From Candidatus Heimdallarchaeota archaeon B3_Heim (lineage in GTDB: Archaea > Asgardarchaeota > Heimdallarchaeia > Hodarchaeales > Hodarchaeaceae): DNA of 22,346 nucleotides. Both the position numbers and the translations under genes were made by a program. Location: NCBI GenBank assembly GCA_003144275.1, contig NJBF01000049.1, forward strand, positions 1-22,346, read 5' to 3'. The notes under the pieces were generated by a model that had not been told where the DNA came from, did no database searches, and saw only the letters and a list, made by a program, of their open reading frames with translations. Below, in pieces: positions 9,073 to 17,970 of the stretch. Every line of letters begins with the position of its first letter. The first letter of the stretch is position 1.

Positions 9073-9397
9073 GCTACCTCCTAAGAAAGGATCGATCTCG
9101 CTTCCTGTTCGTAAATGACAATGGCCTATTATCTGTGTGCAAACTAAGTGTTGGATCCAGATCTGGCTTACTACTACCATAAGAATTCGTCCACTGCTCA
9201 CTCAATTTGGAGATTTAATTTTTTGTTTGATGGATGGTAAGAAACGTCTCTTCACATTACTAAGGATAGAATTTTTTTAAGATCTTCTGAATAGAGCGTG
9301 ATATTAATAAAAGGTTCATCTTATCAAAGGTCACACGGTAAAGGTTTTTGTCATTAAATTATAGTACCAGATTTCAACAAGTATAATGATATGCAAT

Positions 9398-9428
9398 ACG
9401 TTGTGCAACATTGCGCAACGTTTATTAA
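9398..9428 (+). promoter_or_regulatory. Palindromic operator-like site abutting a TATA box
   Basis: ACGTTGTGCAA-CA-TTGCGCAACGT (9398-9421; arms match 10/11) overlaps the first base of TTTATTAA (9421-9428), which ends 29 nt before ATG 9458. Confidence 0.7.
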
Positions 9429-9457
9429 GAGATATACTTAGTGAGTCCTTGTATAAA

Positions 9458-9901
9458 ATGTCTGAAATACAGGATAGAGAATTAAAGAAAATACTGTCGC
9501 AGATTCTAGACGAATTAAAAATAATTTCTCAGAATTTAATTTCAATCGACTCATTTTTAGCTACATCTTCAATAGTATCAGCGGAAACTACTAGTTCTAG
9601 GACTACTGTTTCGAACGAGTCTAGAGTGGATGCTTTAACATCGATGCCTTCAAGTCTAGATATATTAAATTTACAGGAATCCCGACCTGGAATATTCAAA
9701 ACATATAAAGCAATACAGAAAATCGAAGATTGGGTAAAAAGTGCTGATATTGCGAGTCTGACTTTCCGAACTCGCGGTTTAGAATCTAGATATCTTAATT
9801 ATTTAGCTCAAAAAGGATTTGTAATGAAGAAAAGAGAAAAAATTGACTCCGAAAGTAGAGCAACTGAGGTCTGGTACAAAATCGTTGGAGCGAATAGTTA
9901 G
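9458..9901 (+). CDS. Coiled-coil plus C-terminal winged helix-turn-helix DNA-binding protein
   Basis: N-terminal heptads (LKKILSQILDELKIISQNL), a Ser/Thr linker, then an HTH-wing pattern (SADIASLTFRTRGLESRYLNYLAQKGFVMKKR...VWYKI). The TATA position favours ATG 9458 over the track's 9386. Confidence 0.75.
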   Translation: MSEIQDRELKKILSQILDELKIISQNLISIDSFLATSSIVSAETTSSRTTVSNESRVDALTSMPSSLDILNLQESRPGIFKTYKAIQKIEDWVKSADIASLTFRTRGLESRYLNYLAQKGFVMKKREKIDSESRATEVWYKIVGANS

Positions 9902-10702
9902 ATGGAGACAATTACGTTTCACAGCTATAGGTGAGGAGTTGGAAAAACTCTTCTCTCAGTCAACACAGCGGTAAAATTATCTCTATTGGGTAAAAAAGTA
10001 TGTTTAGTCGATTTTGATCTTCGAGCACCATCTCACCAATCCTTGTTTACCTCTAGTTCGTTTTCGATTACTTCTGCCGCCAAATCGTTTACAGGATTTC
10101 TCGTAGGCAATCATGAACCGCAAATGGTAATTAATTCTACCGATAGAGAGAATTTTTATTGTGTTTTTTCCGATATTGAAATTCTTCAACGAAAAGAATC
10201 TAAAATACGTACCAAGTTGACCCAACATGGTGAGGGAAGAATACTTGCAAAATTATTCGAGTTTGTACGATATTGCAACACACAAAAGTTCGACTTTCTC
10301 ATTTTTGACTGCATGCCAGGAATAACATATCGCTCGCTTGATGCACTTGTTGTTTCGGATAAGGTTATGGTTGTAACTCGCCCTGTAAGATCAGAAATTT
10401 CCGGATTGCGGTTAGTAATCTCAGAATGTTATTCGAAACTTGAGGGAGCGAAGCTCTTCTCAATTATGAATCAGGTAGAACAGCAAGAGGATTTAGCTCA
10501 CATTCCAAATTCATTGGATGTCAATCTTGCCAAAGAAAACGTTCAAGGGATAACGAAATGTCTCGAGGAAAGTTCAGTCTCAATTCCCTTACTTTACACT
10601 TTTCGAAGAATTCCATTTGTAACAGAGAGAATATACGTGCTTGATGAAAAAAATCATCCCTTTACAATTGAAATCGAGGATTTTTGTTCAAAGATATTAT
10701 GA
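9902..10702 (+). pseudogene. MinD/ParA family ATPase with an in-frame TGA in Walker A
   Basis: ATG 9902 directly follows the upstream TAG and reads METITFHSYR*GVGKTLLSVNTAVKLSLLGKKVCLVDFD, in frame with the track ORF at 9986. TGA 9932-9934 replaces the Gly of (K/R)GGxGKT. Walker A' VDFD and Walker B LIFDCMPG are intact. Confidence 0.85.
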
Positions 10703-10730
10703 AAATGAGATTTATAGCTGAAGTGTCTAT

Positions 10731-12221
10731 ATGAGTGAGATTCGGGGTAATAAAGGGTTTGAATCGCCTTCTCAGGAAGATCTTGATGATTATCTTAGAC
10801 AAAGTCGAAAATCTATAACGCAAATGAAAGATGGAAAACCACCAATAATCTTTAAACCAAAAAAAGCACTTCCTATAAAATTCTTGGGAATAATGCTGTT
10901 AGTAGTTGTTTCTTCTAGCCTGATGCTGGTAGGCTCTTTCATTGACTTTGATTCCCCCGGAAATAATAACAACACAGATAAGACGACGACTGAAACTACA
11001 ACAATGCTTACAACTACCACGACCACAACAACCCAAGTTGAAACGACTATACCAATTGACATAGAAAAGGATATTACCACGTCAATTCCTCTAGTAGAAG
11101 CTTTCATTAACACCATGATTGCCCCTAATCACTCTCTAATAAATCCAATAGTGATTAATGGGACAATTAACAGATCCCAGACAATTTCTGACCTTGAGTT
11201 GTTCGACTTGGTCTGGATTCTAAGCCAATTCGATGAAAACTCAGAATGGTGGAATCTGGGAAGAAGTTTGATATTTGAGAAATATCTCCTGTGGAATAAA
11301 ACATCCTTCTTGACCGAGAATCTTCGAACACAACTCTTAGCATTAAGAAGCATGATTGCTTACTCTAATGACAATATTCTCCTAGAATCAGATGCGCTTG
11401 AAAGTTATCAGAATTTGACGAAACAGCTCTGGGAGAATGTAAGTTCAGCTTATGACAATGTAACAGGAACTTTTAATCCAGATAACAGTACTATTTTACA
11501 TACTAATGATCAAATACTCTTTAGTCAAGTTCTTGCCAAAACAGCTGGTCATCCTACTCCATTTAATTTCAACATCATAACAGAAAAAGCAATTCTGTTA
11601 TTAAATACAATTTATACGCTTACAGAACCTACAGATGGTCTTCCAGAATCTTTTGATCATAATTTGACTAGAGTTTCCGACGTGTTTTATAGTCATCATC
11701 AAGCAGCCATGATTCTTGTTTTAGATAAATTATCATCACTTTTAGGATCATTCTCAATCATTAACACACTTGCAAATCGATTAAACAATTATTTAACCAA
11801 TATCTTCCTTCAACAAAATTGGAGTATTGCTTTTAACTATAATCAAACCTCCCACAATCTCTCATCCAAAATTGTACTAACTGATCAGATATTATTCATC
11901 AGGGTGAATATCCTCCAAAATAAGCGGAATTTTGCCGATTACACGATAAGTACAGTAAAATCGTCCTTTGGGTCTGAAAATTCGAGCTACTTCACCGCTA
12001 ATGACGATCAGGAGACACAATTTCTCACAGATCATGTTTATCTTCTTCTTTCTTTTGAAGAATTCCTCAAGTTAGAAACGACCGCTACTACTTACACTAG
12101 CACTGAACCTGAAGAAACTTCTGCTGAACAACCTGATGCTGCAGGATTTGCCTGGGAATTTACAATAATTCTGACTGTACTTGTTTTTATATCTTATCGG
12201 CGGCGGAAAATTAAACAGTAG
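10731..12221 (+). CDS. Surface glycoprotein with an N-proximal TM, Thr-rich linkers and a C-terminal PGF-like sorting signal
   Basis: TM FLGIMLLVVVSSSLMLVGSFI, Thr run TTTETTTMLTTTTTTTT, more than ten N-x-S/T sequons, and C-terminus PDAAGFAWEFTIILTVLVFISYRRRKIKQ. Confidence 0.85.
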   Translation: MSEIRGNKGFESPSQEDLDDYLRQSRKSITQMKDGKPPIIFKPKKALPIKFLGIMLLVVVSSSLMLVGSFIDFDSPGNNNNTDKTTTETTTMLTTTTTTTTQVETTIPIDIEKDITTSIPLVEAFINTMIAPNHSLINPIVINGTINRSQTISDLELFDLVWILSQFDENSEWWNLGRSLIFEKYLLWNKTSFLTENLRTQLLALRSMIAYSNDNILLESDALESYQNLTKQLWENVSSAYDNVTGTFNPDNSTILHTNDQILFSQVLAKTAGHPTPFNFNIITEKAILLLNTIYTLTEPTDGLPESFDHNLTRVSDVFYSHHQAAMILVLDKLSSLLGSFSIINTLANRLNNYLTNIFLQQNWSIAFNYNQTSHNLSSKIVLTDQILFIRVNILQNKRNFADYTISTVKSSFGSENSSYFTANDDQETQFLTDHVYLLLSFEEFLKLETTATTYTSTEPEETSAEQPDAAGFAWEFTIILTVLVFISYRRRKIKQ

Positions 12222-12224
12222 AAT

Positions 12225-12260
12225 CGAGAGGAAAAAGTCTCTCGTTAGAACAGTTTTTTT
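12225..12260 (+). terminator. Putative terminator
   Basis: CGAGAG (12225-12230) / CTCTCG (12239-12244) stem followed by a T-tract, just after the stop at 12221. Confidence 0.45.
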
Positions 12261-12345
12261 TCAGAGGATCTCGATGAATTACATCCTCCCAATATTTCTG
12301 TCAATGTTAACTGATTTAAAAATCCAATTATGAAATCTATTTCTT

Positions 12346-12357
12346 AAGCTATTTATA
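12346..12357 (+). promoter_or_regulatory. BRE/TATA-like element shared by both surface-protein paralogs (copy 1)
   Basis: AAGCTATTTATA, identical to 15198-15209, ends 45 nt before ATG 12403. Confidence 0.6.
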
Positions 12358-12402
12358 ACACAATTACTTGAGCAAGCACATCATTTTGAAATAATAGAAG
12401 GA

Positions 12403-14868
12403 ATGAAAAAAATGATTCACAAAAAATCAAATTTAAAATTGGTTAGCTTCTGTATATTTGTACTAACAATCATGATGTTTTCACCAGTGATTGCTATAGC
12501 TGATCAAACTCCCATTGTCCCCGTTGATGATGTAGAAGATACTTACAGCCCAGTATCTTACGGTGATTGGGATTACTATACTCTTCCCCCAGGAACTAGT
12601 TACTCCGATGTATTCTATACTGGTGGAGGTGGATTAGATGGATCGGCAGAATTTACCGAAATATCGTCTGACAGGAATTTTTTTGATCTCAATGATAGAC
12701 CGCTAACTAAAGATGATTATATCGGATCATGGGCATTACGTGGTGATTCACGAGATTCAAGTCACATTTTCTTTGATAACACACTCTACCCACGAGCGGT
12801 AAGGATTGAGTCTAATAAAGACGCCGATTTTCTGAAATCTCAGAAATCCTTGCTCTCACTACACGAAGATTATTCTTCGACATTCTTTGCTGAAAAAGAT
12901 GTCGATTACAAAGGTTATTTTGACTCTAACGATAGTTTTTTTCTCGATGTAACCCTAGGTAATAGTAAAGCTGATGCAGATATTGAGTTCTATTTTAATT
13001 ATCCACTTGGAGGATATACCGCAGGGGTACCCGAAAGTAAGATGACTTATCCATTTATTCCTATGATGGATGGAGTACAACAATTCACGATAACTGCAAA
13101 CGACTCTACCCTTGTTACACTGACCCCTCATGAATGGAAATTTCCATCATGGATGCCAAATTTGGAACTAAATTCTATCTTCTCGGAGGAATTCGATCAA
13201 GGTGATCCTTGGTCTAAGGATGAGAACACCGATGAATTAGTCAAACCTGACAATGAGATGTTTAGTCTACGGATGTTTAATATCTCTGTTGAGAAAGACC
13301 AATACTACAGAATTAATACAATTTTTGAAATGGATGAAGTAAAACCTGGTGTACTCAGCAGTCAACCATTCACATTTCTTATTGGGGATTATTATCAAAT
13401 CTTGGGTGGGGGAACTCTAGATGGAGATGGTTTGGTAATTCGAGCAACTGAAGCCGAAGGAATTACTCTTGTCATGTATTCTCCAGGAGAAGCACATGGG
13501 TCTTATTCAATATTTTTTCAAGAGATTTCTCAGTTCGCATTAGAAGACCAAGAACCCCTTCCTCTTAATGAAAATTTCGCACCTGAAACTAACGTATACT
13601 ATGAATTTACATTATCTTCTCCGACAGCTGTTCGCTTTAACTCCTCTAATCCATCATTTGATTATGATGTTTACGTTGAAGGAAATCCAGGTCAATGGCT
13701 ATATAAGACTAATGAAGTGTTCTTCGGGGCTGGTCCTAATGATTGGACCTATCTACCAAGTGGAAAATATGCAATCGTATTTTCAAACTTTGTAATAGAG
13801 GATAAAATGCGTGTAAATTTGGTTGAAGTGCAATCCCCAGATGTAGTACCATTTTCCATTAACCAAGATAGTATACTTGCCATAGAACTGCCATTAACTC
13901 GGAATAGACTTAACTTTGTGAATATATCGACAACTGATCATATTAATCAATCAATCACCTATTCATACACTATATTTAACAAATATAGAGATTTAGGATA
14001 TTCGCCATTTACTACTAGCACTTCCTTAGGTAATCGTCAACTCAATGGTGTATGGGACGATTGGCCAAGTAATAATACACGTATTGCATCGTATCTTCCC
14101 TCACGTGACTATGATGCTCCCATATTAGTTGTTGCCCCTACTTCCGCTCTCAATGGTTCGGGTGTTTCCGTATCAACTTTTGCGGGTACACTAAGAATTT
14201 CCTCTAATGAAGCAGTTGATCAATCTTATCAAGATCTTACATTTTCTTCCTTATCAACAGCTTTCAGTTCAACTGGTTTCTATGGAAATTTCATCCCCAC
14301 ATCAACCATAAGCCAAACGACGGATTTTGCTATAAATGATGATCAAACAACATCTAACTACCAAATATACGGAGTTCCATTAGATTTGGATCCTAATAGC
14401 ATATATAATGTTTCTGTATATCTTATTGGCAACTATTCAACATCTAATAGTCTAAATGCTACATTCTATAATGATATCCATGCTCATGGTGGTAATTTGC
14501 GCGATTTAGATATCTTTGAACTCCTTATTGATGATTCAGATGAGGAACAGGCATGGCAATCTTTTCTAATCTTAACTGTTTCAGATGTCACCTATCTCTA
14601 TATCAATCTACTCAGAGATTCTGGTTACAATTCGACACTTCAAATATCAATATCAAAATTATCTGCAACAGCGATGAATTTCCAATTAAACCAAGAATAC
14701 AACGAAACGGTAAGCGATAATGAGGTAAAACAGACATCACTTGTGGTCAAGAAGATTACACCAGCAGAGATGAAAAAATCAGCCCCTGGATTTGAGATGG
14801 CAATAGTATTATTTTCTACTATTGGATTGTCGATCTTTATGTCACGAAGACGACGTAAGATGAAATAA
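12403..14868 (+). CDS. Large secreted surface glycoprotein with a PGF-CTERM-like (Heimdall-type) sorting signal
   Basis: Signal peptide, beta-rich acidic body with more than ten sequons, and C-terminus APGFEMAIVLFSTIGLSIFMSRRRRKMK. Paralog of 15268-17757. Confidence 0.9.
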   Translation: MKKMIHKKSNLKLVSFCIFVLTIMMFSPVIAIADQTPIVPVDDVEDTYSPVSYGDWDYYTLPPGTSYSDVFYTGGGGLDGSAEFTEISSDRNFFDLNDRPLTKDDYIGSWALRGDSRDSSHIFFDNTLYPRAVRIESNKDADFLKSQKSLLSLHEDYSSTFFAEKDVDYKGYFDSNDSFFLDVTLGNSKADADIEFYFNYPLGGYTAGVPESKMTYPFIPMMDGVQQFTITANDSTLVTLTPHEWKFPSWMPNLELNSIFSEEFDQGDPWSKDENTDELVKPDNEMFSLRMFNISVEKDQYYRINTIFEMDEVKPGVLSSQPFTFLIGDYYQILGGGTLDGDGLVIRATEAEGITLVMYSPGEAHGSYSIFFQEISQFALEDQEPLPLNENFAPETNVYYEFTLSSPTAVRFNSSNPSFDYDVYVEGNPGQWLYKTNEVFFGAGPNDWTYLPSGKYAIVFSNFVIEDKMRVNLVEVQSPDVVPFSINQDSILAIELPLTRNRLNFVNISTTDHINQSITYSYTIFNKYRDLGYSPFTTSTSLGNRQLNGVWDDWPSNNTRIASYLPSRDYDAPILVVAPTSALNGSGVSVSTFAGTLRISSNEAVDQSYQDLTFSSLSTAFSSTGFYGNFIPTSTISQTTDFAINDDQTTSNYQIYGVPLDLDPNSIYNVSVYLIGNYSTSNSLNATFYNDIHAHGGNLRDLDIFELLIDDSDEEQAWQSFLILTVSDVTYLYINLLRDSGYNSTLQISISKLSATAMNFQLNQEYNETVSDNEVKQTSLVVKKITPAEMKKSAPGFEMAIVLFSTIGLSIFMSRRRRKMK

Positions 14869-14930
14869 AGAAGGATTAACAACCTTCACTCCCTCTTTTT
14901 TCTATTTTCCTTTTTCTTAAAATAGTGATT

Positions 14931-14974
14931 TTCCTGATTTGCCCCTATAATCAGATTTATTAACATACTGAAAA
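14931..14974 (+). repeat. Duplicated promoter segment (copy 1)
   Basis: 40/44 identical to 17908-17950, including an exact 22-nt core AGATTTATTAACATACTGAAAA that contains TTTATTAA. Confidence 0.85.
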
Positions 14975-15054
14975 GTTACATCATGGGAATTTGGAAGAGT
15001 ATTGATAATCCTTGTACTAATACCCTTTAGGCGTTGCTTAAACAAGAAAAAATC

Positions 15055-15174
15055 TTGAAAGTTATTTTCCTCCTTATTGAGCATTGTAAGACTGATTCTA
15101 ATTATAGAGATACTTTCTCAACTGTAGAGGAGTGGTTGTCGTATTTTGAAGATCGAGTTATTCCTGATAGTCAC
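15055..15174 (+). pseudogene. Remnant of a paralog of the GNAT-like gene at 17971
   Basis: 15073-15174 translates LIEHCKTDSNYRDTFSTVEEWLSYFEDRVIPDSH vs LIDLCKTDPNISDAFPNDEEWKSYFGDRVIPDNH (22/34 identical). DNA 15071-15180 vs 18491-18600 is 83/110 identical without gaps. Confidence 0.85.
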
Positions 15175-15197
15175 ACAAATCTATTATTGGATAGACG

Positions 15198-15209
15198 AAG
15201 CTATTTATA
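15198..15209 (+). promoter_or_regulatory. BRE/TATA-like element shared by both surface-protein paralogs (copy 2)
   Basis: AAGCTATTTATA, identical to 12346-12357, ends 58 nt before ATG 15268. Confidence 0.6.
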
Positions 15210-15267
15210 CTAAGATAGCCAGATCATCCCGATATAAAGAAATATTTTTTTGGAGGTATGAGATTCT

Positions 15268-17757
15268 ATGATTAAATCAAAATTAATTAAATATTCATTT
15301 GTATGTATATTTCTTATAACTATTATCTTTATGTCTGTTATAATAAAAGTATCAGCTCAGACACCAATAATTGATATTTCAGAAGAGCGGGATACTTTTA
15401 CTCCTAGTTCTATGGCTGATAACTGGGATTATTATATTGTAAATCCTGGTTCGGTGTTTCCTGATATAGTCTATCAAGGATTACCAACAACTATGCAGTA
15501 TTCATCCGAATTGTCAAATACTTTTGAAACTCTTACAACTGATCGAGATCCAGGAGAATCATTACTTAACCACTTGAAATCTAGTGATAGTCGTAATTCT
15601 AAACACCCATTCTTTGATGATGAAGAATTACCACGTGCGGTGAGAACTTCTACCGACGATGAAGCTAGCTACAGTGCAAAGCAATTGATGACAATAAGTC
15701 TTCACATGAATTATCAATTTACATTTTTAGCAGAAGACAACATTGAATATCTAGTACTAATAAATTCGAGTGATCCATTCTATTTGGATGTTGATATCAA
15801 AGATGACTCTGCAGCAGGAGAACTAAACTTTGAAACATCAATTTTCCCGTATCCTGGATTTCCATTAACAGGTGTATGGAAAGAAACCATACCTGTATTT
15901 CCAGTAGAGGAGAGGACTTTAAGGTTCACTTTTAAGGTTGATAGTCCAACTATTGTTGCACTTACACCCCACAAAATGGGATCTAGTTCAAGCATTACGA
16001 TACCAGCTAATAATACATTTGGAGCTGAAATCGTTCAGGACATTCCTAGCCCATTACCAACTGATCAGGAAATAACGGCAGAAGATCTCAATAAGAAAAT
16101 TGGATTCAGCTTACGTCAATTTTCGCTTCCTATGGTTGAAGGTGAGTATTATAGAATCTATTTATTTATGAACGATCTTGATCCGTCAACTAATCAATCT
16201 ATTCCTTTCCTCCTAGGAGAGAATTATCATATTATCAGTGGAACTTTAAACACTGATGGATTGTTAGTACGTGCTACAGCAGATACTAAACTGACTCTTG
16301 TTTTATATTCTAAAGGTTATACGAATCAGGAATATACAATTTATTTTAGAAATGTCGTAGCAACTTCTGATACAGCAGAATTGGAATTAAATGTTAATAC
16401 AACTTTAGAAAGCGGAACTCGTTATTTTTTTACTTTGAATCTTCCATCGATGATGGCTATAAACTATACAGGACCAATTTGTAGGTTTGATTTATTAGCA
16501 GAAAGTGGTATTCCTGAATTCCCCTGGATTGAAGTTGCAGATCAAGGAGACTTTTATCTTAAAGATGGTAATTTATATGACCCTGGATTAACAGGAATAG
16601 ATTGGATTTATGTCCCCGCAGGGAATTACGCATTAGATCCTAAAACTCCCTTAAGTGATGTAATAATGTTTCATACAGTGGAAGTCCAAGAGCTGTCCCC
16701 ATCCCTATCACTTTCTATGAATCAAAACAGCGTGATTGCATTCGAAATTCCCGAATCAAGTTTACAATTTAACCAGATTAATCGTGTAAATATGTCAACT
16801 TCTGATCACAAAAACGAATCGATAACCTATCAATACTCTGTTGTAGCCAAATATAATGAATTAATTGATGAAAGCGTTCCAAGTGTTGCCATGGGAAATG
16901 AAGAGACTAGTCCTGGAAGTTGGACAGCTTGGGATGAAAACAATACTGAAATCCTTGAATTTCTCCCTAGTAGACCAAAGGAAACCCCAGTAGTCGTCAT
17001 TAGACCATTGAGTGCAGAAAACCAATCAGGATCCATATCAACTTTCTCTGCAAATTTAGCTATCTCTTTAAGTCAGCCAACAAATTATTACCCCCTTGAT
17101 ACTGATATCATGACAAGAGACTATCTAGGAACAGGTGTTATTCTTCCTAAATCAAGTGTTGTCTCTGGAACTAGTGAATTTACCATTAATGATGATTTAA
17201 CTGCAAGCGTTGATCAAATATTAGGTATCCCGTTATCTATGAATCAGTACCAGCTATATAATATAACTTTATATTTAGAGGGCAATTACACAAGCGCTGG
17301 TGACTTGAATGCATCATTTGAAGGGATAAACATAAATGGAGGTAACTTGGGACATATCATGGTTTTTGAATCCGAAACATCTGGCTCTAGTGCCACTAAT
17401 AGTTGGATAAACTTGCTTGTCCTTGCTATATCCCCTACATCATATTTATATGTGGACATAATCAGGAATGACGTAGCCCAACCAGGAACTGAATGGGGAA
17501 ATTGTACGTTGATAGTTGATATCGCAGGTTTAACAGTTGATCCTATGACCTATAATTTGACGGATGAACAGAATTGGAATCCCGACCGTCTCGATGGAGA
17601 AACACGCAATACTGACTACTTATTTGAAGAAATAAAACCCTCGGAATTCCCCTCTGGAGGAATCGATCTTTCATTTATTCTGTTGGTAGGTGTAGTATTC
17701 GCTGGTGCTGCTGGAGGCGCAGGAGCATTTTATTATTTCAGAACTCGTAGAGGTTAA
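15268..17757 (+). CDS. Large secreted surface glycoprotein with a C-terminal TM anchor
   Basis: Signal peptide (cleavage near VSA-Q). Shares blocks with 12403-14868 (QTPI, WDYY, PRAVR, FSLR..YYRI, DW.Y.P.G.YA, STxDHxNxSITY, GGNL). C-terminus PSEFPSGGIDLSFILLVGVVFAGAAGGAGAFYYFRTRRG. Confidence 0.9.
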   Translation: MIKSKLIKYSFVCIFLITIIFMSVIIKVSAQTPIIDISEERDTFTPSSMADNWDYYIVNPGSVFPDIVYQGLPTTMQYSSELSNTFETLTTDRDPGESLLNHLKSSDSRNSKHPFFDDEELPRAVRTSTDDEASYSAKQLMTISLHMNYQFTFLAEDNIEYLVLINSSDPFYLDVDIKDDSAAGELNFETSIFPYPGFPLTGVWKETIPVFPVEERTLRFTFKVDSPTIVALTPHKMGSSSSITIPANNTFGAEIVQDIPSPLPTDQEITAEDLNKKIGFSLRQFSLPMVEGEYYRIYLFMNDLDPSTNQSIPFLLGENYHIISGTLNTDGLLVRATADTKLTLVLYSKGYTNQEYTIYFRNVVATSDTAELELNVNTTLESGTRYFFTLNLPSMMAINYTGPICRFDLLAESGIPEFPWIEVADQGDFYLKDGNLYDPGLTGIDWIYVPAGNYALDPKTPLSDVIMFHTVEVQELSPSLSLSMNQNSVIAFEIPESSLQFNQINRVNMSTSDHKNESITYQYSVVAKYNELIDESVPSVAMGNEETSPGSWTAWDENNTEILEFLPSRPKETPVVVIRPLSAENQSGSISTFSANLAISLSQPTNYYPLDTDIMTRDYLGTGVILPKSSVVSGTSEFTINDDLTASVDQILGIPLSMNQYQLYNITLYLEGNYTSAGDLNASFEGININGGNLGHIMVFESETSGSSATNSWINLLVLAISPTSYLYVDIIRNDVAQPGTEWGNCTLIVDIAGLTVDPMTYNLTDEQNWNPDRLDGETRNTDYLFEEIKPSEFPSGGIDLSFILLVGVVFAGAAGGAGAFYYFRTRRG

Positions 17758-17796
17758 AAAAACGGAAAATGAGTAAACAGCTAATTTGTAAATTAT

Positions 17797-17836
17797 AATT
17801 ACAGGGAGAACAACACTCCTTGTAATTTATTTTTTA
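17797..17836 (+). terminator. Hairpin terminator
   Basis: AATTACAGGGAG (17797-17808) / CTCCTTGTAATT (17816-17827), 12 bp with one G-U pair, followed by a T-rich tract. Confidence 0.65.
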
Positions 17837-17907
17837 TGCTTATTATTACCTTGGCTGAGGAATAAACCTTCGAATTTTTTTTATTCACCTTTTTATAATC
17901 AATATTC

Positions 17908-17950
17908 TTCCTTATTTGCCTCTATAGTAGATTTATTAACATACTGAAAA
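17908..17950 (+). promoter_or_regulatory. Promoter of the GNAT-like gene (duplicated segment, copy 2)
   Basis: TTTATTAA at 17932-17939, about 30 nt before ATG 17971. Repeat of 14931-14974. Confidence 0.75.
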
Positions 17951-17970
17951 AAATTTCAGTTCTGATAAGA

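Noticed and set aside
9073-9201. 43-codon N-terminal extension of the 8290 ORF given by the track
   Set aside because: A strong SD directly before ATG 9072 explains the start; the extension looks like translated UTR.
9310-9345. Three AAAGGT hexamers (9310, 9326, 9340)
   Set aside because: Short, irregularly spaced (16 and 14 nt) and plausible by chance in AT-rich DNA.
9932-9934. TGA as selenocysteine or as genetic-code-25 glycine
   Set aside because: The position is a structural P-loop Gly, not a Cys. No SECIS was recognised, and TGA acts as a normal stop in other genes of the window.
7929-11353. Short antisense ORFs 7929-8159, 10004-10228, 10790-11116 and 11129-11353
   Set aside because: Shadows of longer genes; the poly-Val run in 10790-11116 is just the complement of the Thr-rich linker.
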